From Octopus vulgaris (Eukaryota): a stretch of 64,000 nucleotides of DNA. A model generated the notes under the pieces. It saw only the letters and a program-made list of their open reading frames with translations. It did not search any database and was not told the origin of the DNA. Below, in pieces: positions 38,075-51,919 of the stretch. Each line of letters opens with the position of its first letter. The stretch's first letter is position 1. The translations under genes and the position numbers were made by a program. The DNA is taken from positions 7,130,001-7,194,000 of the forward strand of contig OX597814.1 in assembly GCA_951406725.2 (NCBI GenBank). Reading direction: 5' to 3'.

Positions 38075-38639
38075 CAAACCATCACAGGGATGACGAGTCT
38101 AGGGTTCCCTGGTATATACAGAGTTAGGCTACTTCAGAATAATTCTTCACTCGTTTTGAAATGTATTTTTTGGTAACTCGCATGTCAAAGAACAGACCCA
38201 ACATTTCCTTTGCATGTCGTAAAAGGTCACGAAAAGAAGTTGGGGTAGGATTTTCACTCTGACCTTATAAATCCCTCACCAGCAACGACTAACCAGATAG
38301 ACTGATGAACTGGGGGGGGGGGGGTTGGCTGAAGGCTGCAGAAGCATCGTCAATCAGGGGTAGGAGAGAATCCCCCACAAACAGGGTGGATGCAGCAATG
38401 CACTCTCACAGTTTAGCATGTCCCCATGCTACAACCCGAAATCTCTGTTATTTCTGGAAAACCACACTTATGGTCAAACTAAGTCATACAGAGAGAGAGA
38501 GAGAGAGAGAGAGATCGTCATTAAGGGCTGTTATAGCATGGTTTAGGGACCATACTTGAATGCTTAAACATTTATTTGGAAATATTGCAGGGTCAGAAAG
38601 TAACTTACCCTAAAGCACTTCAAAACTATATATATGTCT

Positions 38640-38949
38640 GGAGGCACAATGGCCTAATGGTAAGGACAGTGGACTCGCGGTCATAGGATCGTGGTTTCGA
38701 TTCCCAGACCAGGTGTTGTGAGTGTTTATTGAGCAAAAACACCTAAAAAAAGCTCCACGAGGCTCCGTCAGGGGATGGTGGTGATCCCTGCCATACTCTT
38801 TCGCCACAACTTTCTCTCACTCTTTCTTCTATCGGCCTGCTCGCTTTGCCAGCAGGATGGCGTCATTTGAAGGCTAAAACAATGCGAAGCGCATTGTGAC
38901 CAGCGACGTGTAGCAACATCTGATAGCCTGGTCAGTCACGGTGGTCACG

Positions 38950-38953
<4 letters not shown>
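38640..38953 (+). mobile_element. SINE with family A head and body but a different 3' tail
   Basis: Matches family A up to ACTTTCTCTCACTCTTTCTTC (38829), then an unrelated tail ending GTCACGGTG x2. Confidence 0.85.
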
Positions 38954-38994
<41 letters not shown>

Positions 38995-40265
38995 GTATGC
39001 AAGCTCGTGCTCGCAAACCTTTGTTTGACCTTACCTGATACTTTCATTCAAGCAATGTCGTTAATTTCCAATCTTCTGTGCAAAATATGTTTGACTCGAG
39101 GCAAATATTACTTTTCATAGAAACAAACATTTTTGAGACATTTGGTATTAAAAAAATCCACAAAGTTTCTTTTTTATGTTCCTTGTAATGTCTTAGTTTT
39201 CTTGCTCCTAATAATCTATTTTACGTATGTCGTGAACCAAACGGTTTTTTTGTGTCATTCTGACTTCTTTGGAAAATCCCTGGCAACACAGATGCATAAT
39301 TTTGTCTACTAATTAATTTTCAAAGAATGACGAATCCTAATTCTTTGTCTTGCTCTCCATTTTCTTTATTATTTTCCTGAAATCATGGAAAATCATTGTT
39401 TTGAAGAAATTGCTCATCCTTGACCATTTCCATTGCTTTATGTTCAATCTTCTTTCTTTACTATTTCTTCTCTCTTTTCCTTTCTCGTTTTCACCAATAG
39501 TTGGTTGGCTTTCATCTGAAACTAGTGTTTCTCCCTCATCACATGATGTTATCGTATTACTGGTTTGCCACTATTAGGAGACAAGATGGGTGTTCATTTA
39601 TTTCTAATACTGCACACAAAAGTATTTCATTTGCCAACCTCACAGTTTTAGAAGCTGGGCTACTCTTTCGGTTGATTGCCATTATCATTTCTCTTTTGGG
39701 CTTTTACTTAATTTTTCAAATTCTTCCCAACAATCAGTTCTGGGATTACTCTTCCTATAATAAATGTAGCAACTAAGTTTCATTAATCTCATGCTTTTTG
39801 TCTTAGCACCTCCTACTGGGCACAGTTCTAGTAAAGTTCTGTAGACTTTGAGGGTCATTGGGACTTACAAATACAGTTGACATCCCACAATCACTTGTCA
39901 GCTTTTGTTAACCCTGCTTTAATCCCTGTCACAAACTGACATACAAACATCGTTTCTGATTCCATGGAGGGCTCATCATGAAGAACTTAGCTGATAGTCT
40001 GAGACATTCCACACCAGCATCAACAGGATTACCAAATTCTACAAGTCAGCAATGCCCCAGGACTCACCTGACAGCATTTACATATCTATGAAGTCTATCT
40101 CAAGTCAGTAGCACCCTTTCACTTGAAACTCCTTCAGAACAGACTAAACAGTTCATTTTTTTATGGGCACCCAACACTTTCATGAGAATGTCATCACTCT
40201 TCTCGTCTAGAAACCTCTATAAATCACTGACATGGAACCTCCACAAATGCCATTACCTGAGTGGT

Positions 40266-40681
40266 GTGGAAGCACTCTGTCGGTTACGACGATGAGGGTT
40301 CCGGTTGATCCGAATCAACGGAACAGCCTGCTCGTGGAATTAACGCATAAGTGGCTGAGAACTCCACAGACACGTGCACCCTTAACGTAGTTCTCGGGGA
40401 TAATCAGCGTGACACAGAGAGTGACAAGGCCGGTTCCTTGAAATACAGGTACAACAGAAACAGGAAGTAAGAGTGAGAGAAAGTTGTGGTGAAAGAGTAC
40501 AGCAAGGATCACCACCATCCCCTGCCGGAGACTCGTGGAGCTTTTAGGTGTTTTCGCTCAATAAACACTCACAACAACGCCCGGTTTGGAAATCGAAACC
40601 GCGATCCTATGACCGCGATCCTATGACCGCGATCCTATGACCGCGAGTCCACTGCCCTAACCACTGGGCCATTGCGCCTCC
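40266..40681 (-). mobile_element. SINE family A with internal 14 bp triplication
   Basis: TSD TACCTGAGTGGT at 40254 and 40682; CCGCGATCCTATGA x3 in the tRNA head. Confidence 0.9.
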
Positions 40682-42230
40682 TACCTGAGTGGTAGAGGAT
40701 GGTGGGCACTTGATGAATTTCAAGAAAAAATTAAAGGTTATATTGGATAATGTTGTCAATGTAGTAAAAGACAGAATGGTCAGTGAACACCTTTGTATCT
40801 ATTGAAGGAAGAACTAAACATTAAACAACACAGAAATTAGCCTCTTCAAAGCTGCTTCCTCTGTTAGACTAATGCTCACCTTACCAAGTATCAAGACATT
40901 TTCTTGAAAGAACTCTGAACACTGATGTGTTGATATGTACCACCTTCATCAAGCACTAATCTTCTTCTACAGCATCATTAGTTGGTCTCTTATCAACACT
41001 AACAGATCAGTCATGGGATAAATTGCATGATGAGGACAGTTAAAGAAATTATTGATATTTCTTTCTCATATAATAAGATAATAGTTTCCAAACAATACCA
41101 AGATTCTTCTAGTTCTTTTCCTTAATCACCCAATTATTTAAATCTAAATTTAATTTATAATTCATGTCCTCCAAAGAAGTGTGGAAATTCTAAAGGTGTT
41201 AAAATGTTTCTCACACATTTTCCAAAGAATCAATAAACTTTATTTTGATATTGTTTCTTACTCAAGATCCTTTGATATTTTAGAGAGAAGTAACAAGGTG
41301 TAATCTTCATGACTTTATCTATGCTATTGGCTGTATCAGTTGTTGTTGTTGTTGTTGTTGTTGTGTAACCCCAGGCTAGTCATGGTCGAATAAGCCTGAT
41401 GCTAAATGATTAATGTGTTCTAGCCTTGACCCTCCCATACCTAAACACAAAACACCCAAACCCTGTCATCCAATGTATCCTTCTTTTCTAAGATGGCATG
41501 GTATAAACAAGAGTGAGATTTGGCTGTTGTTTCTTACAGATCAAGTGAACCTACAAAGCCCTTTCATCAGTTCATGTTATAAGTAAATTGAAATGGTTCC
41601 AACCAGAAACTTAAAACTGACCACATAAATTTACCTTCATCCGCTGTCTAACTAGGGACTTTTCACAGTTTCAATGCGTGAGGACAGTACTGCATATTCT
41701 AGAGGAATCAACAATATTTGTTTATTTTCCTTTTTCTTTTGTTTTATGACCATAGTAAAATTAGACAAAACAAACCAAGAGATTAGTGCATGAGTCCAAC
41801 ATACAAAGAATAATTAAATAAGAATTATTGTTTTCTAGTTGTTTAGGCTTGACTATAAATTTTTTGTGTGTCCTCTGTGTTGTCTCTGTCCTCATCACCA
41901 ATATCTAGACATGACGTTTTTTTAGCTTTGTGAACTATATTTGTCTATTACTGTCACCAAAACTTAACTTTATTTTTCTTTATTTTTTGTTCATCACATT
42001 TTCATTGTATTAACTTCTAACAACAATATTCAACGATTGTTCATACCTCTTAGATAACGTGATCACTGTCATCAGACATCAAATCAGCCGAAAGTCCATA
42101 AATGAAGGGTAAATTCTTCATTTATTCTCACCATGGTCTTCTAAATGGTTGTATCTAATTTCTTCCATTTTCATTTCAATGCACACAACTGCTTTTTATT
42201 ACAATTGTTATACTTTTAATCTGCTGCGGC

Positions 42231-42384
<154 letters not shown>

Positions 42385-42386
42385 AA

Positions 42387-42618
42387 TGGACACATAAGAG
42401 GTGCAGCAATGTCAAAGGAAGGCTAACTAGGAAGATACTTTTTGTATGTGGCATATGCTCAGGAGCAATAAACACTGAAAATACGCAGAGACCAACTTCC
42501 GCCACATTCCATGGAGAAAAACTAGAAATAGCTGATAGCTTTCGTTACCTAGGTGACCAAGTCAGTAGCGGGGGTGGATGTGTTGAAAGTGTAACTGCTA
42601 GAGTAAGAATAGCCTGGT
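42387..42618 (+). mobile_element. RTE internal fragment (PHD to thumb)
   Basis: Near-identical to 62187-62418. Confidence 0.88.
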
Positions 42619-42765
42619 AAATTTTGGTAAACTTGGTGATGGTTGGGTTTATATCAGCTAAGCTGTGGCTGTGAAAGCAGTAGTGGCCGTGGTCTCTGGC
42701 ACTGTTCACTGACGTCATATAATTCCAAACCAATCAAAACCAAGCTTCAACGAATATAGGGAAAA

Positions 42766-43174
42766 GACCCCTAACTGTATCCTGTTTAGGAAACCAACCA
42801 AGCAGAACGACAAGTTTGACCACGGAAGAAAAACGTCATCAATTTTTTAACGAATCAAAAACAGATCTGACCCATAACTGTATCCTGTTAGGTGGCTTAC
42901 CTAGCAGAACGACTAGTTTGACCACGGAAGAAAAACGTCATCAATATTTTAACGAATCAAAAACAGATCTGACCCATAACTGTATCTTGTAAGGAAACCA
43001 ACGAAGCAGGGCGACAAGCTTGACCACTGAGGTAAAACGTCATCAATTTTTTAACGAATCAAAATCAGATCTGACCCATAACTGTATCTTGTAAGAAACC
43101 TACCAAGCAGAGCGACAAGCTTGACCACTGAGGTAAAACGTCATCAATTTTTTGACGAATCAAAATCAGATTTG
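42766..43174. repeat. 4 x 102-103 bp tandem repeat downstream of the Penelope ORF
   Basis: Units start GACCC(C/A)TAACTGTAT at 42766, 42869, 42971 and 43073. Confidence 0.92.
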
Positions 43175-43394
43175 CTCACCTTCCCTAAGACGTACCACTG
43201 CCAGCGGGGGTGACTGTTTAAGGATCTGAGAAATTGTAATTCCCCCCACCTCCACTATTTTAATTTTCTCACTGTGGCCATACCAACAGTGACCACGGTG
43301 GTTGTAGTAGTAGTGCTAGTGGGGGCAGTCGTAGTGGTTGTGGTAGAATTTCGTTTTTCTTCGTTTTTCTTTTTCGGAAGACCAATGTTTTGTT

Positions 43395-43796
43395 TTAATA
43401 TTCCTGGCCCAGGGGGTTCAAACTTGGTCTAAATTTTTTGATGAAATAAAGTTCTTTATTTTGGCGTTGCATGAAGGTTACGCTGTCACTGAATTTGTAA
43501 AGTGAGTAAGTTGTAAATTTCGGATTTTCATTTGCAGCACATCTATCTATGTGTCCGCTGACCGGTATTTTCTGGTATTCAGGGTTTCTAATTTGTGATT
43601 TATGCACCGCCATCCTGTTACGTAAGCTATTTTTTGTATGGCCTATATATTGCCTATTGCAGCCTGCGCATGTTAAGACGTAAATTAAGTTTTCTGATGC
43701 ACAGGTGAAGTTTGTTCTAATGGTGAACTGATGGCCTTGTTCTAGTATAAATTCTGAACCTTCTACCAAGATGACACAGATTCTGCAGTTGGGCCT
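43395..43796 (-). mobile_element. Penelope-like element GIY-YIG endonuclease (C-terminal, 5'-truncated)
   Basis: RPNCRIC..FTCASENLIYVLTCAGCNRQYIGHTKNSLRNRMAVH..GHI..ELYFIKKFRPSLN; frame open up to the (TA)n at 43797. Confidence 0.9.
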
Positions 43797-43827
<31 letters not shown>

Positions 43828-44339
43828 TGATGGATAAATTGTAGTCATTTTATATCTTTAATTTCACACTTGCACATTATTTGTTTCTGTTAACAACACA
43901 GTGTAGTAGGGTCAGTTGGGTACTGTCTGTCAGAAAAACAGCACCATGATGCAATTAACGGACATGTTTTTGGCCCACAGGTATGCCATCTTTTTTCTAT
44001 TATTTCATTATGCCTTTTGTCCCTCAAAATTGACTGAGCTCATATCTCCTTAGGTCAGGCACTTCCGTCCTACCCTTTTCTCCATCTCTCATCACTCCTA
44101 ACCCTAACCCTAAACCTAGTTACTATACTAAATTCTTTTCCTTCTATCTTTTCCCTGCTTGTGTTTTCCTTCCTGCTGTTGATTTGTAACACTTTAAACA
44201 GAATGTTAATGACATTAGTTTCATCTCTATCTCAGAAGACCTACAAAGTACATGAGCACAACCCCTTACTGTCAACTCAACCAGAAAGCACCCTCGTTTC
44301 TTTGGCTGCTAGCTTTTCTTGTCTCTGTTCCTAAAATTG

Positions 44340-44923
44340 AAGCAGGTTTTACATGTGGTGTCTAGGTTGTGTGTAGATCGATGCATGGTTCAAGAAGGAT
44401 AGGGAGGAATGAAAGAGAGAACCATCCACAGAAGAGTGAGTGTTGTTAGATGTAGTGGCAAGTAGGTCACTGATGTGGAGAAGGAAGAGAGAGGGGGAGG
44501 AAGAGAAGTAAGCCCAAGGTGAACCAGAGTTAATTAAGAGCAAAGCTGAAAGAGCTCCCTTCAACACATGCAACAATCTGACTGGAAACTGACAATTCAA
44601 GAGATGAGTGGAGTTCATAGGTGGGAGGTTTAAATTGGAGATTTGCATATTAGACTCAATTGAAGTCTTTGCTGATGTTCAGAGCAACAACATTGCTTTT
44701 GCTGAACTTACTCTTTTACTCTTTTACTTGTTTCAGTCATTTGACTGCGGCCATGCTGGAGCACCGCCTTTTTTTAGTCAAGCAAATCGATCCCGGGACT
44801 TATTCTTTGTAAGCCCAGTACTTATTCTATCGGTCTCTTTTGCCAAACCGCTAAGTTATGGGGATGTAAACACACCAGCATCTGTTGTCAAGCAATACTA
44901 GGGGGACAAACACAGACACACAA

Positions 44924-44958
<35 letters not shown>

Positions 44959-45450
44959 CATACATATATACGACAGGCTTCTTTCAGTTTCCGTCTACCA
45001 AATCCACTCACAAGGCATTGGTCAGCCCGGGGCAATAGCAGAAGACACTTGCCCAAGATGCCATGCAGTGGGACTGAACCTGGAACCATGTGGTTGGTTA
45101 GCAAGCTACTTACCACACAGCCACTCCTGCGCCTATGAAAATCAAAATCAAAATCGATCAACAAGAAAGTAGACCTCTAGTGGATTTGTGCAAAAGTTGT
45201 CTTGGTGGTCCCTAATGGAAAAAGAGAGATAGGAGGAGGGAGGAGAGTGTGATCCAAGGAGTTGGAGGATGTTATTGTCAATGATTGTCTTCATTACCTT
45301 AGAAATATTAAAGATCAGAGAAATAGATTGACAGTTTGCCGAGTCAAAGGAGTTGCCTTTCTGGAAGAGTGCTTCCAAAAATCAGAGTATATCCATGTTT
45401 ATTCTCTCCTTTCTTTAATTTACTCTTCTTCCACTGATCTAGTTTACTTA
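44340..45450 (-). pseudogene. Decayed CR1-clade RT fragment split by a SINE
   Basis: SANCQSISLIFNISKVMKTII (NYRPISL-like) at 45148-45378; INSG..SPSLFLLHISDLL..HSSVDGS at 44349-44648. Confidence 0.7.
44709..45134 (-). mobile_element. SINE family B
   Basis: Matches 6286-6687. Confidence 0.9.
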
Positions 45451-46250
45451 TGGTAGATAAGGCAATTAAAGATATGTAAATAGGGTAAGCCCCCAGTTGA
45501 TCTGGAGTTACTGCTGAAATGCTCAAAATATCTGGTAGGGTAGGACACATGTTAGTCACCTGCATAGTTAACCAGGTTATTCAGGAAGGTGTAATACCCA
45601 GTGTCTGGTGTAGCAGGATTGTAGTCAGCTGCAACAAGAAAATGAAGATGTTTTAAGCAGAAGCAATTATGGAGACATCAGACTTCTGGGCCAGGTGATG
45701 AAAATTATGGAATGAGTTATAACCTAATTAATTAGGAGCAGAATTAGGCTAAATGAAATGCAGTTTGACTTTGCCCCAGGGAGAAGCGCTACTGATACTA
45801 TTTTCATAGTCAAGCAACTGCAAGAGAAGTATTTAGCTGAGAACAAGCCACTATACTTGGCATTCATTGATCTAGAGAAAGGCTTTGATCAAATTCCCTG
45901 CTGCATGGTATGGTGGGCTCTGAGGAGGCCAGGTATGCATGAGTGGCTTGTGAAAGCTGTACAGGCCATGTACAGAGATGCTGTCAGTAAGATGAAACTT
46001 AACAACAAGTACAGTGAAAAATTTGATGTAGGGGTTCATCAAGGTTCAGTCCTCACCATTATCCTCTAGGCCATAACAATAAATTCAAGACTGGCAGCCC
46101 CTGGGAGCTTCTATATACTAATGATCTTGCCCTCATAGCAGATCCTGTGTCAGAGCTAGAAAAGAAATTCCAGATGTGGAAGTAGAAACCTGGAATCAAA
46201 GGGCCTTAAAGGTTAACTTAGCAAAGACTAAGGTTTTAATAAGGAAGAAA
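45450..46250 (+). mobile_element. Decayed RTE RT fragment
   Basis: MQFDFAPGRSATDTIFIVKQLQEKY..AFIDLEK..GVHQGSVL. Confidence 0.88.
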
Positions 46251-46305
46251 ACATTCACACACACACATATAAATATACACATACACTCATGCATATATAT
46301 ATATA

Positions 46306-46550
46306 TCATCATCATCATCATCAAACGTCCGCTTTCCATGCTGGCATGGGTTGGACGATTTTGACTGAGGGCTGGTGAACCAGATGGCTGCACCAGGCTC
46401 CAGTCTGATCTGGCATGGTTTCTACAGCTGGATGCCCTTCCTAACGCCAACCACTCTGAGAGTGTAGTGGGTGCTTTTTATGTTCCACTGGCATGGGGGC
46501 CAGTCAGGCAGTACTGGCAATGACCTCGCTCGAATGTTTTTACAAGTGCC
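46306..46550 (-). mobile_element. RTE 3' tail
   Basis: (CAT)n plus tail motifs. Confidence 0.85.
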
Positions 46551-46604
46551 AGTATAGGGACATAAACAAACCAACACCAGTTGTCAAGTCGTAATGAAGC
46601 ATAT

Positions 46605-47013
46605 TACTCTTTACTCTTTTATTTGTTTCAGTCATTGACTGCGGCCATGCTGGAGCACCGCCTTTTGTCGAGCAAATCGACCCCAGGACTTATTCTGTGT
46701 AAGCCTAGTACTTATTCTATTGGTCTCTTTTACTGAACCGCTAAGTTACGGGGACGTAAACACACCACCATCGGTTGTCAAGCAATGTTGGGGGGGACAA
46801 ACACAGACACACAAGCAAACACACACACATATATATACATATACATATATACGACAGGCTTCTTTCAGTTTCCATCTACCAAATCCACTCACAAGGCTTT
46901 GGTCGGCCCAAAGCTATAGTAGAAGACACTTGCCCAAAGTACCATGCAGTGGGACTGAACCCGGAACCATGTGGTTGGTAAGCAAGCTACTTACCACACA
47001 GCCACTTCTGTGC
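46605..47013 (-). mobile_element. SINE family B
   Basis: Matches 6286-6687. Confidence 0.9.
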
Positions 47014-47364
47014 ATATATATATATATACATACACATGCACTCATGCATACACACACACACACTGACACTGCCAGTTTCCTGTCCAACCAGGCAGGCAAA
47101 GAAACTCTTTTCTCTGATGGAACAGGTGTCACTTACCAAGCAACATTATCCACTGTAACAACTTGCGACTCTCCTTCACCAACAGCAGCCCATCTTCCTG
47201 CAGCCACCTTGGACTTCCTGGACCTCTTCATTTAGCCATTCCAGAGCCTGAAAGAGACAGGCTCCATCTGGGGGCCTGCAAAAATAGAAGTAGCACAGAA
47301 GCCAAAACAAACTGTTTTAGATACTACTACTACTAATAATAATAATAATAATAATAATAATACC

Positions 47365-47700
47365 AATCGCTTGACTGGCGCCTGTGTCAGTGGCACATAA
47401 AAAGCACCATCTGAATGTGACCAATGCCAATACCTCCCGACTGGCCCCTGTGCTGGTGGCATATAAAAAGCACTATCCGAACGTGATTGATGCCAGGCCT
47501 GCCTGACTGGCCCTTGTGCCAGTGGCACATAAAAAGCACCCACTACACTTTCAGAGTGGTTGGCATTAGGAAAGGCAGTTGTAGAAACATTGCCAGATCA
47601 GACTGGAGCCTGGTGCAGCTGCTGGCTCTCCGGACCTCAGTCAAACCGTCCAACCCATGCCAGCATGGAAAACGGACATTGAACGATGATGATGGTGATG
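47365..47700 (+). mobile_element. RTE 3' UTR with 3 structured units
   Basis: GTGGCA(C/T)ATAAAAAGCAC x3 plus tail. Confidence 0.85.
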
Positions 47701-47711
47701 TTCTTTTTTTT

Positions 47712-47919
47712 TTTTTACTTGTTTCAGTCATTTGACTGTGGCCATGCTGGAGCACCGCCTTTAGTCGAGCAAATCGACCCCAGGACTTATTCTTTGTAAG
47801 CCTAGTACTTATTCTATCGGTCTCTTTTGCCGAACCGCTAAGTGATGGGGATGTAAAAACACCAGCATCGGTTGTCAAGCAATGATAGGGGGACAAATAC
47901 ACACACACAAACACATAGG

Positions 47920-47953
<34 letters not shown>

Positions 47954-48119
47954 CATATATACGACAGGCTTCTTTCAGTTTCCGTCTACCAAATCCACTC
48001 ACAAGGCATTGGTTGGCCCAGGGCTATAGCAGAAGACACTTGCCCAAGATGCCACGCAGTGGGACTGAACCCGGAACCATGTGGTTGGTTAGCAAGCTAC
48101 TTACCACACAGCCACTCCT
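47712..48119 (-). mobile_element. SINE family B
   Basis: Matches 6286-6687. Confidence 0.9.
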
Positions 48120-48133
48120 ATATATATATATGT

Positions 48134-48165
<32 letters not shown>

Positions 48166-49337
48166 ATGGATGGACAATAACTTCTTCGAAATTCTTCTAG
48201 TCACAGATCATTTTGGTTAAACTCCAGGTCTTCACTCCAAATTTTCCTCCAGAAAGAGTCTATGTCTTCTTGTGAAGGAGCTCCTACAATGTTCAATGCT
48301 TCTCCTCTCATGTACGTATGTATGTATGTGTACATGTGTGTAGATGTGTGTGTATGCGTTTATGTTTCTGTCTCCTTGTCTCCCCATTGTGTGATAGTTG
48401 CAAATGGGTGCCATTCTTTTACAATATTCTGCTACAACATGTCCAACCTTGAGGAGACATTGCTTTGCTTGGAAGCAGGCGAGAGCAGACAGCAAGAAGG
48501 ACATCAAGCTATAGGAAACCTACCTCAATAAACTTAGTGCAACCATGCCGGCATCAAAATATGAACACGAAAACGATGATGATGATGATGATGATGATGA
48601 GGTAGAGAAGGCAAAAGAGGAGGAGGAGGATAGTGATGAAGATGGTGATGACGATGTTTACTTTGTAGGGCAGTGTTTTGATTGTTATTTCTTTACATTT
48701 TTGTTTTTGTTTCCTTGTTTTCGTAGTTTCTTTATAAAGCAATGATGAAGTAATTGATTCCATTGATATGGAAATATAATGTTATCAGACAGCAGCATCC
48801 AAATTAGACCACATCATTGAACACCATTATCATATCTTCTCTCATCATCTTTACCACGACCACCATCACCACTGTCATTATCATCACCATCATCATCATC
48901 ATTATCATCGTCATCATCATTTTTTTCTTTGTGATTTAATAATTTGATTGTTTGCTTTTCTTTTCCTTTATTTCCTTCTTGCTACTCCAGCAAGATTTAG
49001 GCTGGTTTCTGATGAATCTTTCTTCACATATCTTAAATATCTTAATTCTTAAATTATTTCATCTCTGAGAAAACATTTCTCACATTCAACTTAATTACTT
49101 CTTCCCAGACTGTTCTTGCTCTGCCATCAACTAACGAGATACTTAATTAATAACTCCACTTCGCAACCTTAATTATGTGACAACTCTCATTTACATACCT
49201 CTGCTAATAGTTTTAATGTCCTTTTACTTATTTGTCTCATTAAATTAGATTAACATTTCACTTCTGAAAGTTTCTGCAAATATTGTCGAACCGCATCTTG
49301 TAAAGCTTATGTGTGTCCCTTACAGAACCTGATTATC

Positions 49338-49418
<81 letters not shown>

Positions 49419-49625
49419 GTGAGTGTGTCACTGTTGCTAATAGAAGTAACAAACTTGACACAAAGCAACAAAACGATTGCCGTGTTATTGATAAACTGAG
49501 GGAATGTCTGAGATGAGACTTCTCAGAAATAATGAAACACAGAAGCAGCAACTTTTCTGCCAACTTGAAGAGAATTAAAGCAAAAAAACAGATAAAAATG
49601 AACTAAAAATACTATTTAGCTAGAG

Positions 49626-50809
49626 TAGGCGTCGGCAACCTATACGAGGCCACAGGCCACTGGGCCGTGTCTAGGTCACATCGTGGGCTGCACCCCGCTC
49701 CAAACCCGCAGATACTTCACAAGAAGTGCCGCAAAGCCCTTCTTGTCCCTGACCATGGCAGGCGCTCCGTCAGTCATGATGCCGCACATGCGAGAGAGGT
49801 CCAGGTAGGCCTCCTTCAACCAGTCAGTGACTGCCTTGCACATGTCGGCACCAGTGGTGGCACTGCTGAGGGGGATGAATCTGATTAAATCCTCAAAGGT
49901 GATGAAGTCATCCCTGCCGCCGAGGAAGAAGATGACAAGCTGAACCATGTCCTTGATGTCAGTTGACTCGTCCAAGGCAATGGAGAAGAAGAAGCGAGCA
50001 GACTGACACATGTCCTTCAGGGTGCGCTGGACATTGTCAACCATCTCCTCTACATGGCAGGTCAAGGTCCTGGCAGACAGACTGATAGCCTCAAACTCAC
50101 TCGACTTAACAACAGAAGCCATCATGCACACCTTGAAGAATTCGCCATCGATAAACAGCTTGAGGTTGGTGGCCACAAGGTGTGCAACACTGTAGTTGGC
50201 CCAAGTGTTGCTCTCAGCAGCCACTTCCGCCAAAGAGATGATCCAAACTCTGCCTTCTTCTTGCTTGGGGTGCACCAAAGTGAAATAATGCTTCACATTG
50301 CACACCTTCATAACGGCTGCAGTCTTGTGGCGGATGAAACACAAAGCCTTTCCATTGCGCTCGACAAAGAAGAACACTTCCCATTCCTTCTTGAAGGAGC
50401 TGTTCTCATCCAACACCTTCCTCTTCTTTACAGGGTGGGTACCTTCAGCCATCTGAAATAACACAGAAAAAATATTTATAACCAAGTCAATTGGAGTAGA
50501 AGCAAAAAAATAACTTATCGTACAGTGATGCTATACTACAGTATTGGATAAAAAGGACAATTTCCTCTTTCTCTCTAACTCTATCAGAATTCTTCTCCAA
50601 AGTTATGTTTATTCAGTGTCAGTATCATGAAAGTAGGACATTGTTCTGGCTGGGGAGAAGATGGCTGCTAATTGGCTCTGTTAAATTTGCTGTCACTTGA
50701 AATGTCTCGTAGGTCGCACCTAATGGAAATCTAGACAAGGTGGTGTGGGGCACACAGGAGGAGCTCACAGGCCACATTTGGCTCACGGGCCACAGGTTGC
50801 CAATGCCTG
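49626..50809 (-). mobile_element. hAT transposon (Charlie/Buster/SPIN-like), internally deleted
   Basis: TIRs TAGGCGTCGGCAACCT / AGGTTGCCAATGCCTG; perfect 8 bp TSD AGCTAGAG (49618, 50810) with central TA. Confidence 0.92.
49676..50452 (-). pseudogene. Truncated hAT transposase (GTF2IRD2/SPIN-like)
   Basis: KKRKV..FKKEW..ALC, FSIALDESTD..QLVIF, TDGAPAM; C-terminal catalytic E and dimerisation region missing. Confidence 0.88.
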
Positions 50810-51495
50810 AGCTAGAGTCATGCATCATTCTTTAATTAATTAACTTGACCAAACTTTGCCAAAATCAGCAAATTTAGTGTTTGCTGTTCTTATATAAAAG
50901 AAAAACTCTTCTCATAAGGCTGGGAAAAGCTGATTTGTTATTTGATGTTGATGAAGCATAATGATGCAGAAACCCATGCATCCTACGATCCAGTAACTTC
51001 ATTCACAGCCCAAAATGTCATCATACTTATTTTTGCTTTGAGAAGCTTTTCTCCCAAAACTACTTCTGCAGCAAAAGGTTTTTCCATGTTCAAATGCACA
51101 CAAACCTGTTAAATATGATTTACATGCACATATCATAAAAATGTTATACCAACATTGACACTGATACCATGTTTATATTATTATTCTCATGGGATATTGT
51201 TTAGATACAACATTGAAATTTTAATAGTCTCTAAGAATGCCTTTCAATCCATTAACATCAAACTAAAATACCACTAACAATCAGTCTCTCACACCTATCT
51301 CCTTGTCCTTGTTTGTTATGTTTGTTGCTGTAGCAAAGTGAGTGATAATGTCAATAAGGAGCTTATAAGTCTAGATGTAAACTAGAGACATGTAAGTTGT
51401 TATATAGGATACAACTGTATATGTAGAAGAGATAAACTATATATACATAAATGGGAGACAGCTTTATATGTATCTTTATATGTATGATAACAATA

Positions 51496-51906
51496 TACTC
51501 TTTTACTCTCTTTTACTTGTTTCAGTCATTTGACTGCGGCCATGCTGGAGCACCACCTTTAATCGAGCAACTCGACCCGGGACTTATTCTTTGTAAGCCC
51601 AGTACTTATTCTATCGGTCTCTTTTGCCGAACCGCTAAGTGACGGGGACATAAACACTCTACCATCGGTTGTCAAGCAATACTAGGGGGACAAACACAGA
51701 CACACAAACACACATGCACATATATATATATATACATATATACGACAGGCTTCTTTCAGTTTCCGTCTACCAAATCCACTCACAAGGCTTTGGTCAGCCC
51801 GAGGCTATAGTAGAAGACACTTTCCCAAGGTGCCACGCAGTGGGACTGAACCCGGAACCATGTGGTTGGTAATCAAGCTACTTACCACACAGCCACTCCT
51901 GCACCT
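51496..51906 (-). mobile_element. SINE family B
   Basis: Matches 6286-6687. Confidence 0.9.
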
Positions 51907-51919
51907 CTAAAACATAGTG

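Noticed and set aside
38318-38456. CUGAUGA...GAAA pair
   Set aside because: No coherent stem III or stem II; the spacing is too long
42025-42080. CUGAUGA...GAAC variant hammerhead on the minus strand
   Set aside because: Stem II does not close and stem I relies on wobble pairs
44099-44118. Telomere-like TAACCC repeats
   Set aside because: Only 2-3 imperfect units
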